From the NCBI GenBank assembly GCA_947305635.1, contig CAMZEG010000001.1, forward strand, positions 1 through 58,180: DNA of 58,180 nucleotides. The letters run 5' to 3'. The notes beneath the pieces were generated by a model. The model ran no database searches. It was not told the DNA's origin and saw only the letters and a list, made by a program, of their open reading frames with translations. This stretch comes from an uncultured Clostridia bacterium. Its GTDB lineage: Bacteria; Bacillota; Clostridia; Oscillospirales; Acutalibacteraceae. Positions 19,055 through 28,181 of this stretch are shown one piece after another; positions within the stretch are counted from its first letter, which is position 1, and each line of letters opens with the position of its first letter. The translations under genes and the position numbers were made by a program.

Positions 19055-19946
19055 GTTTTTAAGCTTCGGCTCGCTGAACATTGATTACACCTACCGCGTC
19101 GCGCACTTCGTCGGCGCCGGGGAGACCCTTGCGGCAAGCGAGGTGCAGACCTTCTGCGGCGGCAAGGGACTGAACCAGTCGGTCGCGCTGGCAAAAGCGG
19201 GCGGAGCAGTGTACCACGCCGGGAGCATCGGCCCCGACGGCGCATTCCTGCTGGAAGAGCTGCAAAAGGCCAACGTGAACACGGCGCTTGTAACGGTTCT
19301 GGCGCAGGAAAAAACCGGCCACGCGATCATTCAGAACACGGCGGACGGCGAGAACTGCATTCTGCTTTACGGCGGTGCGAACAAGCGCATCACAAGAGAA
19401 CAGATCGACGCTGCGCTGGAAGGCTTTTCGCGCGGCGACGTCCTTGTGCTGCAGAACGAAATCAATGAGATTCCCTATCTGATCGAACGCGCAAAGGAAA
19501 AAGGCATGATCGTCGCGTTCACGCCCGCCCCGATGCACGCGGACGTTCGCACCTATCCTCTTGAAAAAGCGGACTACATCCTGCTGAACGAGACCGAGGC
19601 AAAGGCGCTCGCCGCGATCGAACGTGACGACAACCTGACCGCGGACGAACTGGCCGACCGGCTGCGCGAGGCTTACCCGGCCGTTCGCTTTGTACTGACG
19701 CTGGGCAGCGCCGGCGCACTGTATGTCCATCAACAGGAGCGCATCTTCCAAAACGCGTTCCCGGTCAAAGCCGTCGACACCACTGCGGCCGGCGATACGT
19801 TCGCGGGTTACTTCCTGCAGAGCATTGCTGCGGGGAAACCGACGAAGGAGGCGCTTGAAACCGCCGCAAAAGCGGCGGCGATCTGCGTGACAAGGAGGGG
19901 CGCTTCGCCGTCTATTCCGGGCCGCGAAGAAGTGGAACGACTATAA
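19047..19946 (+). CDS. rbsK: Ribokinase
   Basis: SLNIDY.., GGKGLNQSVA, and C-terminal DTTAAGDTFAGYF are ribokinase/PfkB signatures. Confidence 0.9.
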   Translation: MHKFLSFGSLNIDYTYRVAHFVGAGETLAASEVQTFCGGKGLNQSVALAKAGGAVYHAGSIGPDGAFLLEELQKANVNTALVTVLAQEKTGHAIIQNTADGENCILLYGGANKRITREQIDAALEGFSRGDVLVLQNEINEIPYLIERAKEKGMIVAFTPAPMHADVRTYPLEKADYILLNETEAKALAAIERDDNLTADELADRLREAYPAVRFVLTLGSAGALYVHQQERIFQNAFPVKAVDTTAAGDTFAGYFLQSIAAGKPTKEALETAAKAAAICVTRRGASPSIPGREEVERL

Positions 19947-20047
19947 AAGGATTGCGAAACCAATCCAAATGTGATATAGTGAACCCGGACCGGAAAGCAA
20001 ACGCCGGAACGGAATCCAAGGCGGACGAAAGAAAGCGAGTGAAGCCG

Positions 20048-20560
20048 ATGCATATCTGGACAATTGAAAACTGGAGAGATGTTCTGAATTATGAAAGCAC
20101 AAGCTATCGAACCGGCGTTCGATTGGTCTTTGACAAAGATGTCGATCCTGAATTGCGATTGGTATGCAAACATTTTGCTGTTTGGATGAGAAAAGAATAC
20201 AACTTTCCGATAAGAGTTCCTGTTTATTTTAGAAACACAAAGCGTTTAAGATGCATAGACGGAAGCACTGCTTATGGAACTTATTTTGAACCGACCAGTT
20301 TTACCGATGAGCCATATATTCAGATTGCCGTTGGGGATTATGGGGAATTATGCCAAAAGATCGGAAGCAGAAAAGCGTTGTTATCTATATTGCGTACGAT
20401 AGCTCACGAGTTGACCCATTACTTCCAATGGATAAATGGTTTGCAATTGACAGAGATTGGGAAAGAACGGCAGGCTACTGTTTATTCAAACTACATTGTT
20501 TCGGAATACCTCGATTGGATTCAAGACGTCAACTGTGGACTTGCCAAACTTTTGATTTAA
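20048..20560 (+). CDS. Hypothetical protein with an HExxH zinc-metallopeptidase-like motif, in a low-GC islet
   Basis: 170-aa ORF containing IAHELTHYFQW. Local GC is clearly lower (about 40% by eye) than the flanks. Confidence 0.55.
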   Translation: MHIWTIENWRDVLNYESTSYRTGVRLVFDKDVDPELRLVCKHFAVWMRKEYNFPIRVPVYFRNTKRLRCIDGSTAYGTYFEPTSFTDEPYIQIAVGDYGELCQKIGSRKALLSILRTIAHELTHYFQWINGLQLTEIGKERQATVYSNYIVSEYLDWIQDVNCGLAKLLI

Positions 20561-20576
20561 GAAAGACGGTTAGCCT

Positions 20577-21089
20577 ATGAGACTCTTTATCGCGATCCCG
20601 TTGGAAGATGAAGCAACACGAGCCGTCACGGACGTGCAGCGCACGTTCCGGCGGCAGAACGTGCGCGGGAATTACACGCCGGAGGAAAACCTGCACATCA
20701 CGCTGGCGTTTATCGGCGAGTATAACGACCCCGACGCCGTGCTGGCGGCGATGGAGCGGGTGCGGTTTGCGCCGTTCAGCGTCACGCTGGATCACGTCGG
20801 CTGCTTCGACGACCTCTGGTGGGCGGATCTTGCCGAGAGCAAGCCGCTCGACGCCCTCGCGCGCAGCCTGCGCCACGCATTGGCAGAAGCAAACATCCCC
20901 TTCGATAAAAAGCGGTTCCGGCCGCACATAACGTTTCTGCGCCACGCGGACCGGCTCGGCCCGTGGGTCAGCGTGCCGAAGCAGCTGAAGCCGACGAAGA
21001 TGGCCGTAAGCGGCCTGTCGCTGATGCTGTCGACGCAGGGAAAGAACGGCATGATCTATACCGAGCTCGGCTACGTCGCGGCGGAGTAA
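20577..21089 (+). CDS. thpR: RNA 2',3'-cyclic phosphodiesterase (2H phosphoesterase, LigT/ThpR)
   Basis: 170 aa with the two HxT motifs HITLAF and HITFLR at the typical spacing. Confidence 0.85.
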   Translation: MRLFIAIPLEDEATRAVTDVQRTFRRQNVRGNYTPEENLHITLAFIGEYNDPDAVLAAMERVRFAPFSVTLDHVGCFDDLWWADLAESKPLDALARSLRHALAEANIPFDKKRFRPHITFLRHADRLGPWVSVPKQLKPTKMAVSGLSLMLSTQGKNGMIYTELGYVAAE

Positions 21090-21111
21090 CACGATAACGA
21101 AAGGCAGGACA

Positions 21112-21294
21112 ATGTGCATGGAACAGAAGGACTGGGAGACCCTCTCGCCGGAGGAAAAGAAGAAAGCGCTGTACCTGAAGCAGAAGCGGCTGCTTGATAC
21201 GTTTCTGGAACACGGCACGATTACACAGGAGCAGTATGACAAGAGTCTGCACGATATGACGGAAAAGATGGAGATGCAAGATGTGGAAGCATAA
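21112..21294 (+). CDS. Small hypothetical protein (about 58-60 aa)
   Basis: MEQKDWETLSPEEKKKALYLKQKRLLDTFLEHGTITQEQYDKSL.. is a charged helical peptide. The more likely start is ATG 21118, which has better spacing from AAAGGCAGGA. Confidence 0.5.
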   Translation: MCMEQKDWETLSPEEKKKALYLKQKRLLDTFLEHGTITQEQYDKSLHDMTEKMEMQDVEA

Positions 21295-21481
21295 CGCACA
21301 GTGGATCCGGCACACGCACCTGTTTTCCGCGGACGAGTATGAATGCTCCGCCTGCGGCGCCACGGTGGAAAAGCCGAAGCCGACCTGCCCGAACTGCGGC
21401 GCGTCGATGGGCTCAGAAAAATATGACCCGTCCTGGGTCGACGAGGCCGCGATGCTGGATATCATCCTCGGCGGAAAATAA
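21281..21481 (+). CDS. Zinc-ribbon small protein
   Basis: 66 aa containing CSAC..(11)..CPNC. It overlaps the previous ORF by 14 nt. Confidence 0.5.
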   Translation: MWKHNAQWIRHTHLFSADEYECSACGATVEKPKPTCPNCGASMGSEKYDPSWVDEAAMLDIILGGK

Positions 21482-21500
21482 GGATTGTGGGTGAAGCAGT

Positions 21501-22442
21501 ATGAGAACGATTCAAATTAAAAAGATCAGCATTGTCGATCTGGACACCGACGCGATCGTCAACGCGGCGAACAGCGGCCTGCAGGCCGGCGGCGGCGTTT
21601 GCGGCGCGATTTTCCGGGCGGCCGGATACGACAGGCTGCAGGACGCCTGCAACAAAATCGGGCATTGCGATACCGGATTTGCCGTGATCACGCCCGGCTT
21701 CGATTTGAAGGCAACGTATATCATTCACGCGGTCGGGCCGCGATGGAGCGGCGGGAACCGCGGGGAGCCGGAACAGCTCTACGGCGCCTATTACAAATCA
21801 CTGGAACTCGCGGCCGCGCATCGCTGCAGATCCATCGGGTTTCCGCTGATTTCTTCGGGCATCTTCGGCTATCCGGTCGACGCCGCCTGGAAACAGGCAA
21901 TGAAAGCCTGCGCCGATTTTCTGGATAAGCATCAAGATGTTTTCCTCGACATCATCTTTGCCGTGCTGAACGATGAGATTATCGTCGTCGGCAAAGAGGA
22001 ACTCCGCGGGTACAAAGCCTCCCGGTATAAGATTGCGGAACGCGGCGACTGGAAGACGGAACCGATGCCGACGCAGCATGCCACGTTTGTTTTGGAGCGG
22101 GCGTTTTCTCCGCAGCAGATGGAGGCGCTGCGAAGGGGAAACATCCCGCAGGAGATGGAAGACAAGTGGTTCTGGTACATGGAAGGCGACACGCTCTATG
22201 CCCACCGGAGCTGGACAGGACTTTGTATATACAAGGTGGAGTTCAAGCCCGACAACAGGCATCTTGTCACCGTCAACCGCGATCCGGAGCAGTATAAATG
22301 CACGGATACCGAAGATGACGCAACGTCGCTGAACAAGCTGCTGGACTGGTGGACAAAAGCGTCTTACGACTATTACAACGAGTGGCTTGACGAAACCTAT
22401 GAAGCGCTGAAAAAAGCAGGAAAAATCGAAGAGAAACAATGA
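21501..22442 (+). CDS. Macro domain protein (ADP-ribose / O-acetyl-ADP-ribose hydrolase-like) fused to an unknown ~140-aa C-terminal domain
   Basis: Macro-domain motifs DAIVNAAN, GGGVCGAI and ISSGIFGYP lie in residues 1-170. The C-terminal part (..EDKWFWYMEGDTLYAHRSWTG..) is unassigned. Confidence 0.85.
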   Translation: MRTIQIKKISIVDLDTDAIVNAANSGLQAGGGVCGAIFRAAGYDRLQDACNKIGHCDTGFAVITPGFDLKATYIIHAVGPRWSGGNRGEPEQLYGAYYKSLELAAAHRCRSIGFPLISSGIFGYPVDAAWKQAMKACADFLDKHQDVFLDIIFAVLNDEIIVVGKEELRGYKASRYKIAERGDWKTEPMPTQHATFVLERAFSPQQMEALRRGNIPQEMEDKWFWYMEGDTLYAHRSWTGLCIYKVEFKPDNRHLVTVNRDPEQYKCTDTEDDATSLNKLLDWWTKASYDYYNEWLDETYEALKKAGKIEEKQ

Positions 22443-23410
22443 TGGGAGAGATGAAAACGATGTCCGCTGTCAAAACAATCCTCAAAGCCGGCGTCGGCGC
22501 TGCGGCCGCCGTCATGGGCGCGGGCGCGCTGGTGTATGAATGCGCGCTGAACACAAAACTGAACGGCTTTTTCGTCAATCTGCTGGATGACCGCGAAGAC
22601 GTGACGCAGGAGGCGCAGTCCGGGGACGGCGCCGATTCGAACGAGCCCGGCTGGTTCGACCGGCACAAGGGCGACGATCAGGTGATCACCACCGAAACAA
22701 CCGGCCGTATCCACGCGTATATCATCCCCGCGGAGAAGGCGTCGCACAAATGGGCGATCCTCTGCCACGGCTACAATTCCACCCCGGCGTCTGTCGGCGT
22801 GTTCGCGGAGCATTACCGCCCGCTGGGCTACAACTGCATCTGCCCGTCTCTGCGCGGCTGGGGCAACGACGAAACAAGATACTGCACGATGGGCTACCAC
22901 GACAAGGATATCCTGCTCGCGTGGATCGACTACGTTGTGAAGGAGGATCCGGACGCCGAGATCCTGCTGCACGGGTATTCCATGGGCGCCGTGACCGTCA
23001 TGCTTGCCACCGGAGAAACGCTGCCGCCGCAGGTGAAGGCGGCCGTCTGCGACTGCGGCTTCACAAGCTGCTGGGAGCAGTACGCGAACGTGATCAAGCT
23101 TTACGCGAAGCTCCCGGCGTTTCCGCTGCTGTACGCCGTGAACGCGACGTCCATGCTGCGCGGCAACTTCGACATCCGCAAGAACGTGCCGATCGACGCT
23201 GTCAGGCGAAGCGTGACCCCCACGGTATTTTTGCACGGCACGGCCGATAACTTTGTCCCGTTTTCCATGATGGACCGGCTGTATGACGCCTGCAGCGCGC
23301 CGAAGGCAAAGCAGGCCATTGAGGGCGCGGATCACGCGCAGTCGGTCTATGTCGATCCGGCGCTGTACTGGAAAACGGTGGACAGCTTTTTGAAGGATAA
23401 GATCGCATAA
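22439..23410 (+). CDS. Alpha/beta hydrolase with an N-terminal membrane anchor
   Basis: Nucleophile elbow GYSMG, plus HGTADNFVP and a late His. The start is ambiguous (ATG at 22439, 22451 or 22460). Confidence 0.8.
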   Translation: MMGEMKTMSAVKTILKAGVGAAAAVMGAGALVYECALNTKLNGFFVNLLDDREDVTQEAQSGDGADSNEPGWFDRHKGDDQVITTETTGRIHAYIIPAEKASHKWAILCHGYNSTPASVGVFAEHYRPLGYNCICPSLRGWGNDETRYCTMGYHDKDILLAWIDYVVKEDPDAEILLHGYSMGAVTVMLATGETLPPQVKAAVCDCGFTSCWEQYANVIKLYAKLPAFPLLYAVNATSMLRGNFDIRKNVPIDAVRRSVTPTVFLHGTADNFVPFSMMDRLYDACSAPKAKQAIEGADHAQSVYVDPALYWKTVDSFLKDKIA

Positions 23411-23424
23411 CAAAGAACGAAAAA

Positions 23425-23457
23425 ACAACCGCGGCCCGAAAAGGTCGTGGTTGTTTC
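23425..23457. terminator. Bidirectional terminator
   Basis: aacaaccgcggcc cgaaaa ggtcgtggttgtt hairpin with flanking A-tract and T-tract. It lies between convergent genes. Confidence 0.55.
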
Positions 23458-23467
23458 TTTCTTTCCG

Positions 23468-23983
23468 TCAGCTCAGGTTCTTCTCCAGCAGTACCAGATC
23501 GACCCCGGGGATCCCGTTGAACACGGTCGGGACGACAGCGATCTCCGCATAGCCCAGTTTCCGATACATCGCCCTTGCGGTGGTGTTTTTTGCGTTCGTG
23601 TCCAGCCGGAGTTCACATAGGCCGTGTTCCAGCGCCCAGCGCTCATAGAACGCCACAAACGCTTTGCCGTAGCCTTTGCCGGCTGCCCGCGGCGAGATAA
23701 TCAGCGTGTGGAGCACGCAGACATCGTCCGTCTCGTGCTTCCACGGCGCGCCGAAATAGCCGTCCACCTGCATCCGGTTGATGATGCCCGTGCCGATGAT
23801 TTTTCCGTCCTCCAGCACATACATATCGCCGCGGCGGACGGCGTCCTCTGCCGTTTTGCGCGTCGGATAGACTCCTCTGATCCAGCCGACGGTCGCCTTT
23901 CCGGTCTCCTCCGCCGTGTGGATCTCGTCATAGATCTTTTCGATTGCGTCAATGTCTGACGGCCTTGCTTTTCTGATCGTCAT
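23468..23983 (-). CDS. GNAT family N-acetyltransferase
   Basis: 171 aa with the acetyl-CoA-binding-type motif RAAGKGYGKAF. The start overlaps the GH31 stop (ATGA). Confidence 0.85.
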   Translation of the reverse strand: MTIRKARPSDIDAIEKIYDEIHTAEETGKATVGWIRGVYPTRKTAEDAVRRGDMYVLEDGKIIGTGIINRMQVDGYFGAPWKHETDDVCVLHTLIISPRAAGKGYGKAFVAFYERWALEHGLCELRLDTNAKNTTARAMYRKLGYAEIAVVPTVFNGIPGVDLVLLEKNLS

Positions 23984-25953
23984 AAGCTTTCTTCCTCATC
24001 CTTCGATTCGAGGCAGGAAAGCACCGCTGCACCCTCCTTCACGAATGCGACGAATTCGTCGATTTGCGCGCGGATCGTGTGCCAGCCGGCGTCATATGTG
24101 TTCCTGTCCTTTGTCAGTACCCACTTGCCATGCGGAAGGTACACCCGCTTTTCGATTTGTCCCTTTTCGACAATCGGCGCGAACAGGATATCGTCGCCGA
24201 ACATGTATTGCGCGCCGAGGGTGTAGCAGGTTTCGTCCTCCGGGTACGCGAAGAACATCGGGCGCATGACCGGCCAGCCCTTTTCCGCCGCGGTTTTCAT
24301 CTGCGCTTCGATGTACGGCCGCAGACGTTCGCGCAGCAACACAAGATCTTTCAGAATCCGGAAGTTCCGTTCGCCGAAGCTCCAGATCTCGTTCGGGTCG
24401 CCGGTCGGCTCTTTGACGTCGCGCTGCTTTTCGCCGTGGCGGTTGCGGTTGCCGTGGAGACGCATCACCGGAGAAAATACGCCGAACTGGAACCAGCGCA
24501 CGATCAGTTCGCGGAAGTCCTCGCTTTCGGTATCTCCGCCCCAAAAGCCGCCGATATCCGTGTTCCACCAGGGAATCCCGCACATCGCCATGTTCAGCCC
24601 GGCTTTCACCTGCTGCGACAGGCTTTCAAATGTGGAGGGAATATCGCCGCTCCACACCAGCGCGCCGAACTTCTGCGCGCCGAGGTAAGCGGCGCGGATC
24701 AGGGTGACCGGCACTTCTTTGCCCATCTGCGCAAAGCCGTCAAACGCCATCTGCGCGTAGTAATAGGGATACAGCAGTCCGACTTCGTCGCCGCGACCGA
24801 TGTGAAACAGCAGGTTGTCGAAATGCTCCGGGTGGATCTCCGGCTCCGCTTCGTCGAACCAAAGGCCGTCGACGCCGTGGTCGAGATAGTTTTCTTTCAG
24901 TTTCGAGAACACAAATGCTCTCGTTTCCGGATTCGTCACGTCGATCTCCGATTGCGGTCCGTAGAAGCTGAACACGTCGTTCATACCTTTGGTCGTGCGG
25001 ATCAGCAGGTTGCGCTCGCGCATCGGCCAATCGTTTTCGGAATTGCCGTTGATCGTCGGCCAGACGGAGACGATCAGCTTCGTCCCCATGTCGTGCAGTT
25101 CTTTTGTCATGGCGTCCACGTCCGGCCAGTACTGCGGATCGAACCTGTAATCTCCCTGCTCTGTCCAGTGGAAGTAGTCGCAGATGATGGCGGCGAGCGG
25201 GATCTTTTCTTCCTTGTACCGCCGCGCGACGGCGAGCAGATCCTCCTGCGTTTCATAGCGCAGGCGGGACTGCCAGAAGCCGGTTGCCCAATGCGGCATG
25301 ACCGGCGCGTGCCCGGTCAGATCCGCCAACGCTTCACAAACCTCCTGCGGATTGCCGGCAATCACGACGAAGTCGATCTTACGCGTGGCGCCGACGCTCC
25401 AGCGCGTGCGGTTTTCGGCAAGTTCAACGCTGCCGACTGCCGGATTGTTCCACAAAAAGCCGTAGCCGAGTGAGGAATATACAAAGGGGATCGCCGTTTT
25501 CGCGTTCACGTGACGCAGGTCAAACGCGCAGCCCTTCAGGTCGAACCTGCCGCAGGCGTCGTGACCGAGGCCGTAGAAGTGTTCGCCCTCATTCGCGCGG
25601 AACGTGAGCATGGCCGACCACGAACCGTCCTTGCGCCGATACCGCCGGTAGCCGTCATGGAACGCAAGGTCGGGCTGTTCCTCCAAAATGACCGCGCCGT
25701 CTTTATACACGGTGATCTTGCCGTTCTGCTCAAGCTGCAGTTTGACCCTGCCGACCGTCAAAAACACGCAGTAATCGCGCGCTTCGAACGAGCAGTCCGC
25801 CTGCTGCGGCAGCAGGGTATAGTTTTCGTCAAAGACCCTGCAGTCCGGGAACGCCTCAAAGCGGATCGCGTTTTTATGACACGGCGTTACTCTGACCAGT
25901 TCGTTCGCTCTTGAAAAAAGAACCTGTTGTCCCGTGAACTGTACGTTTTTCAT
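23980..25953 (-). CDS. Glycoside hydrolase family 31 (alpha-xylosidase/alpha-glucosidase-like)
   Basis: 657 aa with GH31-type motifs GLWFDEAEPE and VWSGDIPSTFESL. Confidence 0.9.
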   Translation of the reverse strand: MKNVQFTGQQVLFSRANELVRVTPCHKNAIRFEAFPDCRVFDENYTLLPQQADCSFEARDYCVFLTVGRVKLQLEQNGKITVYKDGAVILEEQPDLAFHDGYRRYRRKDGSWSAMLTFRANEGEHFYGLGHDACGRFDLKGCAFDLRHVNAKTAIPFVYSSLGYGFLWNNPAVGSVELAENRTRWSVGATRKIDFVVIAGNPQEVCEALADLTGHAPVMPHWATGFWQSRLRYETQEDLLAVARRYKEEKIPLAAIICDYFHWTEQGDYRFDPQYWPDVDAMTKELHDMGTKLIVSVWPTINGNSENDWPMRERNLLIRTTKGMNDVFSFYGPQSEIDVTNPETRAFVFSKLKENYLDHGVDGLWFDEAEPEIHPEHFDNLLFHIGRGDEVGLLYPYYYAQMAFDGFAQMGKEVPVTLIRAAYLGAQKFGALVWSGDIPSTFESLSQQVKAGLNMAMCGIPWWNTDIGGFWGGDTESEDFRELIVRWFQFGVFSPVMRLHGNRNRHGEKQRDVKEPTGDPNEIWSFGERNFRILKDLVLLRERLRPYIEAQMKTAAEKGWPVMRPMFFAYPEDETCYTLGAQYMFGDDILFAPIVEKGQIEKRVYLPHGKWVLTKDRNTYDAGWHTIRAQIDEFVAFVKEGAAVLSCLESKDEEESL

Positions 25954-25983
25954 GTTGTCCTCCGTTCCTCTGATCCTGTCGTT

Positions 25984-26280
25984 CTAATCCCGCGCCACAA
26001 AGGAGCGCTCCCCTTCTATGACCGGGATCGTCTTTGCAGAAAGGTTTTCGATGATCACATACGTACCGCGTTCAATGGCGAGGATCACCTGATCGATCTG
26101 TTCCTCAGTGCCTTGGATCTCCATCGACACGGCGCCGTCGTAATCGTTGCGCACCCAGCCGGTCGCGCCGACGGCGTTCGCGGCATGGATCGCGCGCCAG
26201 CGGAAGCCGACGCCCTGCACGGAGCCGGTGAAGCGCAGCGCGCGGCGAATCACACCGTGATTCTGTTGTGTCTCTTGCAT
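25984..26280 (-). CDS. acyP: Acylphosphatase
   Basis: The GSVQGVGFRW motif is present. Length is 98 aa from ATG 26278-26280, which follows GGGGAGGTG. Confidence 0.8.
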   Translation of the reverse strand: MQETQQNHGVIRRALRFTGSVQGVGFRWRAIHAANAVGATGWVRNDYDGAVSMEIQGTEEQIDQVILAIERGTYVIIENLSAKTIPVIEGERSFVARD

Positions 26281-26300
26281 GGCGCTCACCTCCCCTTTTG

Positions 26301-27455
26301 TTACGCGGCGTTCATCATGGTGAGCAGTGTCATCAGCACCATCGCCGCGTCGAAGCAATAGAGCGGATAGGCGCGGTCGGGCGAGATGCGCTGCTGATAG
26401 TAGTAGAGATAGGAGTTGACGCGTTCGACGTCGCCCATCTTGGCGCCTGCCAGCGCAAACGCGCCCCAGTAGTAGACCTCCACGCCGCTGCGAATATACT
26501 CCAGTGTCTCCCAGCTCCAGCTATTGCAAAGGTTCTCATAGACCAGCTTCGCTTCGGGGCTTTCGGGCGAGATGACGTCCCAGAGCACCGGGTACATCTG
26601 CGCGGCCACGTCCGGATAGAAGTTGTCCCACGAGAAAAACGGGTCGAAATCCAGATAGCCGTACACCGGCAGCGGCAGCATCTGATAGGTGAACCGCCCG
26701 CCGCGGTACCAGTCTTTCAGAAAGCGCGTGCGGTAGACGTTCGCGGCCTTTGTCGCCCGCTTCTGCAGCGTGCTGTCGCCGATGGCGTTGCCGATCTTTT
26801 CCGCCGCGCAAAAACCCGTGTAGACTTCGCAGTTATCCATCAGGAATATCCGCGGGTCGGTAGGCTTGGCAAAGGTGTAGCCGTGTACGCGCGTCGCGAA
26901 CAGGACACCGAGCAGCGTCCTGATCTGGGCGGCGTGTTCCCGTAACAGCGCAACGTCATCGTACCGTTCGGCGTAGTCCCACAAAAGGCGCAGGAAGAAC
27001 GCGGCGTAGGAGTCGGTGGAGTCGTATTTTCCGGTGGACTCCTCCGAGACGATCTCGCCGTTTTGCATCGCGATCTTGTAATCGTAGATCGAGCCGGGGA
27101 TGATGTCGTCCTTGACGGTGTTCATGTGGGCGAAGTACCAGTCGATGAAGCGCTTGATCTTCTCGCCTGCTTCGGGGGAGCCGTCATAGGCCGTCAGCGC
27201 GATGGCGGCATAGGTCGAAAAATACGGGTTGACGGTCACTTCGCCGTTCGCGTGGTAATAGAACGCGATGGCGCCGTTGGGCAGCTGCTGGCTCCACAGC
27301 CAGTCTGCCTCCGCGGCGGCCATGACCGCGTAGTCCGGCGTCGGAATCTCGACGGGGTCCGGGGCGTCGACCGCCGGGCGCGGCGTTGTGGAAAGGCCGA
27401 TGATGCCGGCCAGGGAAAGAAAGACTGCCGTGATCTTTTGAAGAATCTGCTGCAT
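26301..27455 (-). CDS. Secreted hypothetical protein (possibly alpha/alpha-toroid, glycosidase-like)
   Basis: 384 aa with a signal peptide and a GGGAGG RBS. It is rich in W/Y. No motif is recognised with confidence. Confidence 0.55.
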   Translation of the reverse strand: MQQILQKITAVFLSLAGIIGLSTTPRPAVDAPDPVEIPTPDYAVMAAAEADWLWSQQLPNGAIAFYYHANGEVTVNPYFSTYAAIALTAYDGSPEAGEKIKRFIDWYFAHMNTVKDDIIPGSIYDYKIAMQNGEIVSEESTGKYDSTDSYAAFFLRLLWDYAERYDDVALLREHAAQIRTLLGVLFATRVHGYTFAKPTDPRIFLMDNCEVYTGFCAAEKIGNAIGDSTLQKRATKAANVYRTRFLKDWYRGGRFTYQMLPLPVYGYLDFDPFFSWDNFYPDVAAQMYPVLWDVISPESPEAKLVYENLCNSWSWETLEYIRSGVEVYYWGAFALAGAKMGDVERVNSYLYYYQQRISPDRAYPLYCFDAAMVLMTLLTMMNAA

Positions 27456-27617
27456 GACGGTGCCTCCCTTGTGTTCATTACTGTTATCATACCAATTTCG
27501 GACGCGTTTGTAAACCTCTTTGTATTATATTTAAACATTATACTTTTTCTTGTGTTTTTCTCTGTTTTGGTGTATAGTTATCGTAGTATACTTTATCGTA
27601 AAAAAGAGGTAGCAGTT

Positions 27618-28181
27618 TTGAACGATATCATTCTCACGGCATTGACCCCCGACGACCGGGAGCAGTTCATCCTTGACAATCAGGAAGCGTTCAACTACGG
27701 CGCGCTGGAAGAGTTCGGCCGCCGCGACGATCACTTTGAAGAAGACGGCGAGATCATTTCGCGAAAGACGATTGCACACGCCATCGACGTTGGAGAGGCA
27801 TACCGGATCATGCAAAACGGTCAGCCCGTCGGCGGCGTGGTCATCCGCGTGGACGGCACACACGGCGACCTCGATCTGCTGTTCGTTTCTCCAAAGGCGC
27901 ACAGCAAGGGCATCGGCTACGCGGCCTGGTGCGCGGTGGAACGGCTGCACCCGGAGGTAACGGTCTGGGAGACCGTCACGCCGTATTTTGAACAGCGGAA
28001 TATCCACTTCTACGTCAACCGCTGCGGCTTCCATATCGTGGAGTTTTTCAACAGCCACCATCCCGATCCGAACGATCCGGATATGGGACGAGAGACGGAC
28101 GAGCAGTTCCCGGACGGCATGTTCCGGTTTGAAAAGCGGATGCCCGCATCGAATCCCGACGCGGCGGAGGAAGAAGCATGA
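27618..28181 (+). CDS. GNAT family N-acetyltransferase
   Basis: The motif SPKAHSKGIGYAAW is present. TTG start at 27618 follows AGAGG. The upstream part of ORF 27063.. is antisense to the 26301 gene. Confidence 0.7.
   Translation: MNDIILTALTPDDREQFILDNQEAFNYGALEEFGRRDDHFEEDGEIISRKTIAHAIDVGEAYRIMQNGQPVGGVVIRVDGTHGDLDLLFVSPKAHSKGIGYAAWCAVERLHPEVTVWETVTPYFEQRNIHFYVNRCGFHIVEFFNSHHPDPNDPDMGRETDEQFPDGMFRFEKRMPASNPDAAEEEA

Noticed and set aside
27456-27617. AT-rich 160-nt stretch considered as a mobile-element end or sRNA locus
   Set aside because: It lies between divergently transcribed genes and is best explained as a shared promoter region. I found no inverted repeats or conserved structure.
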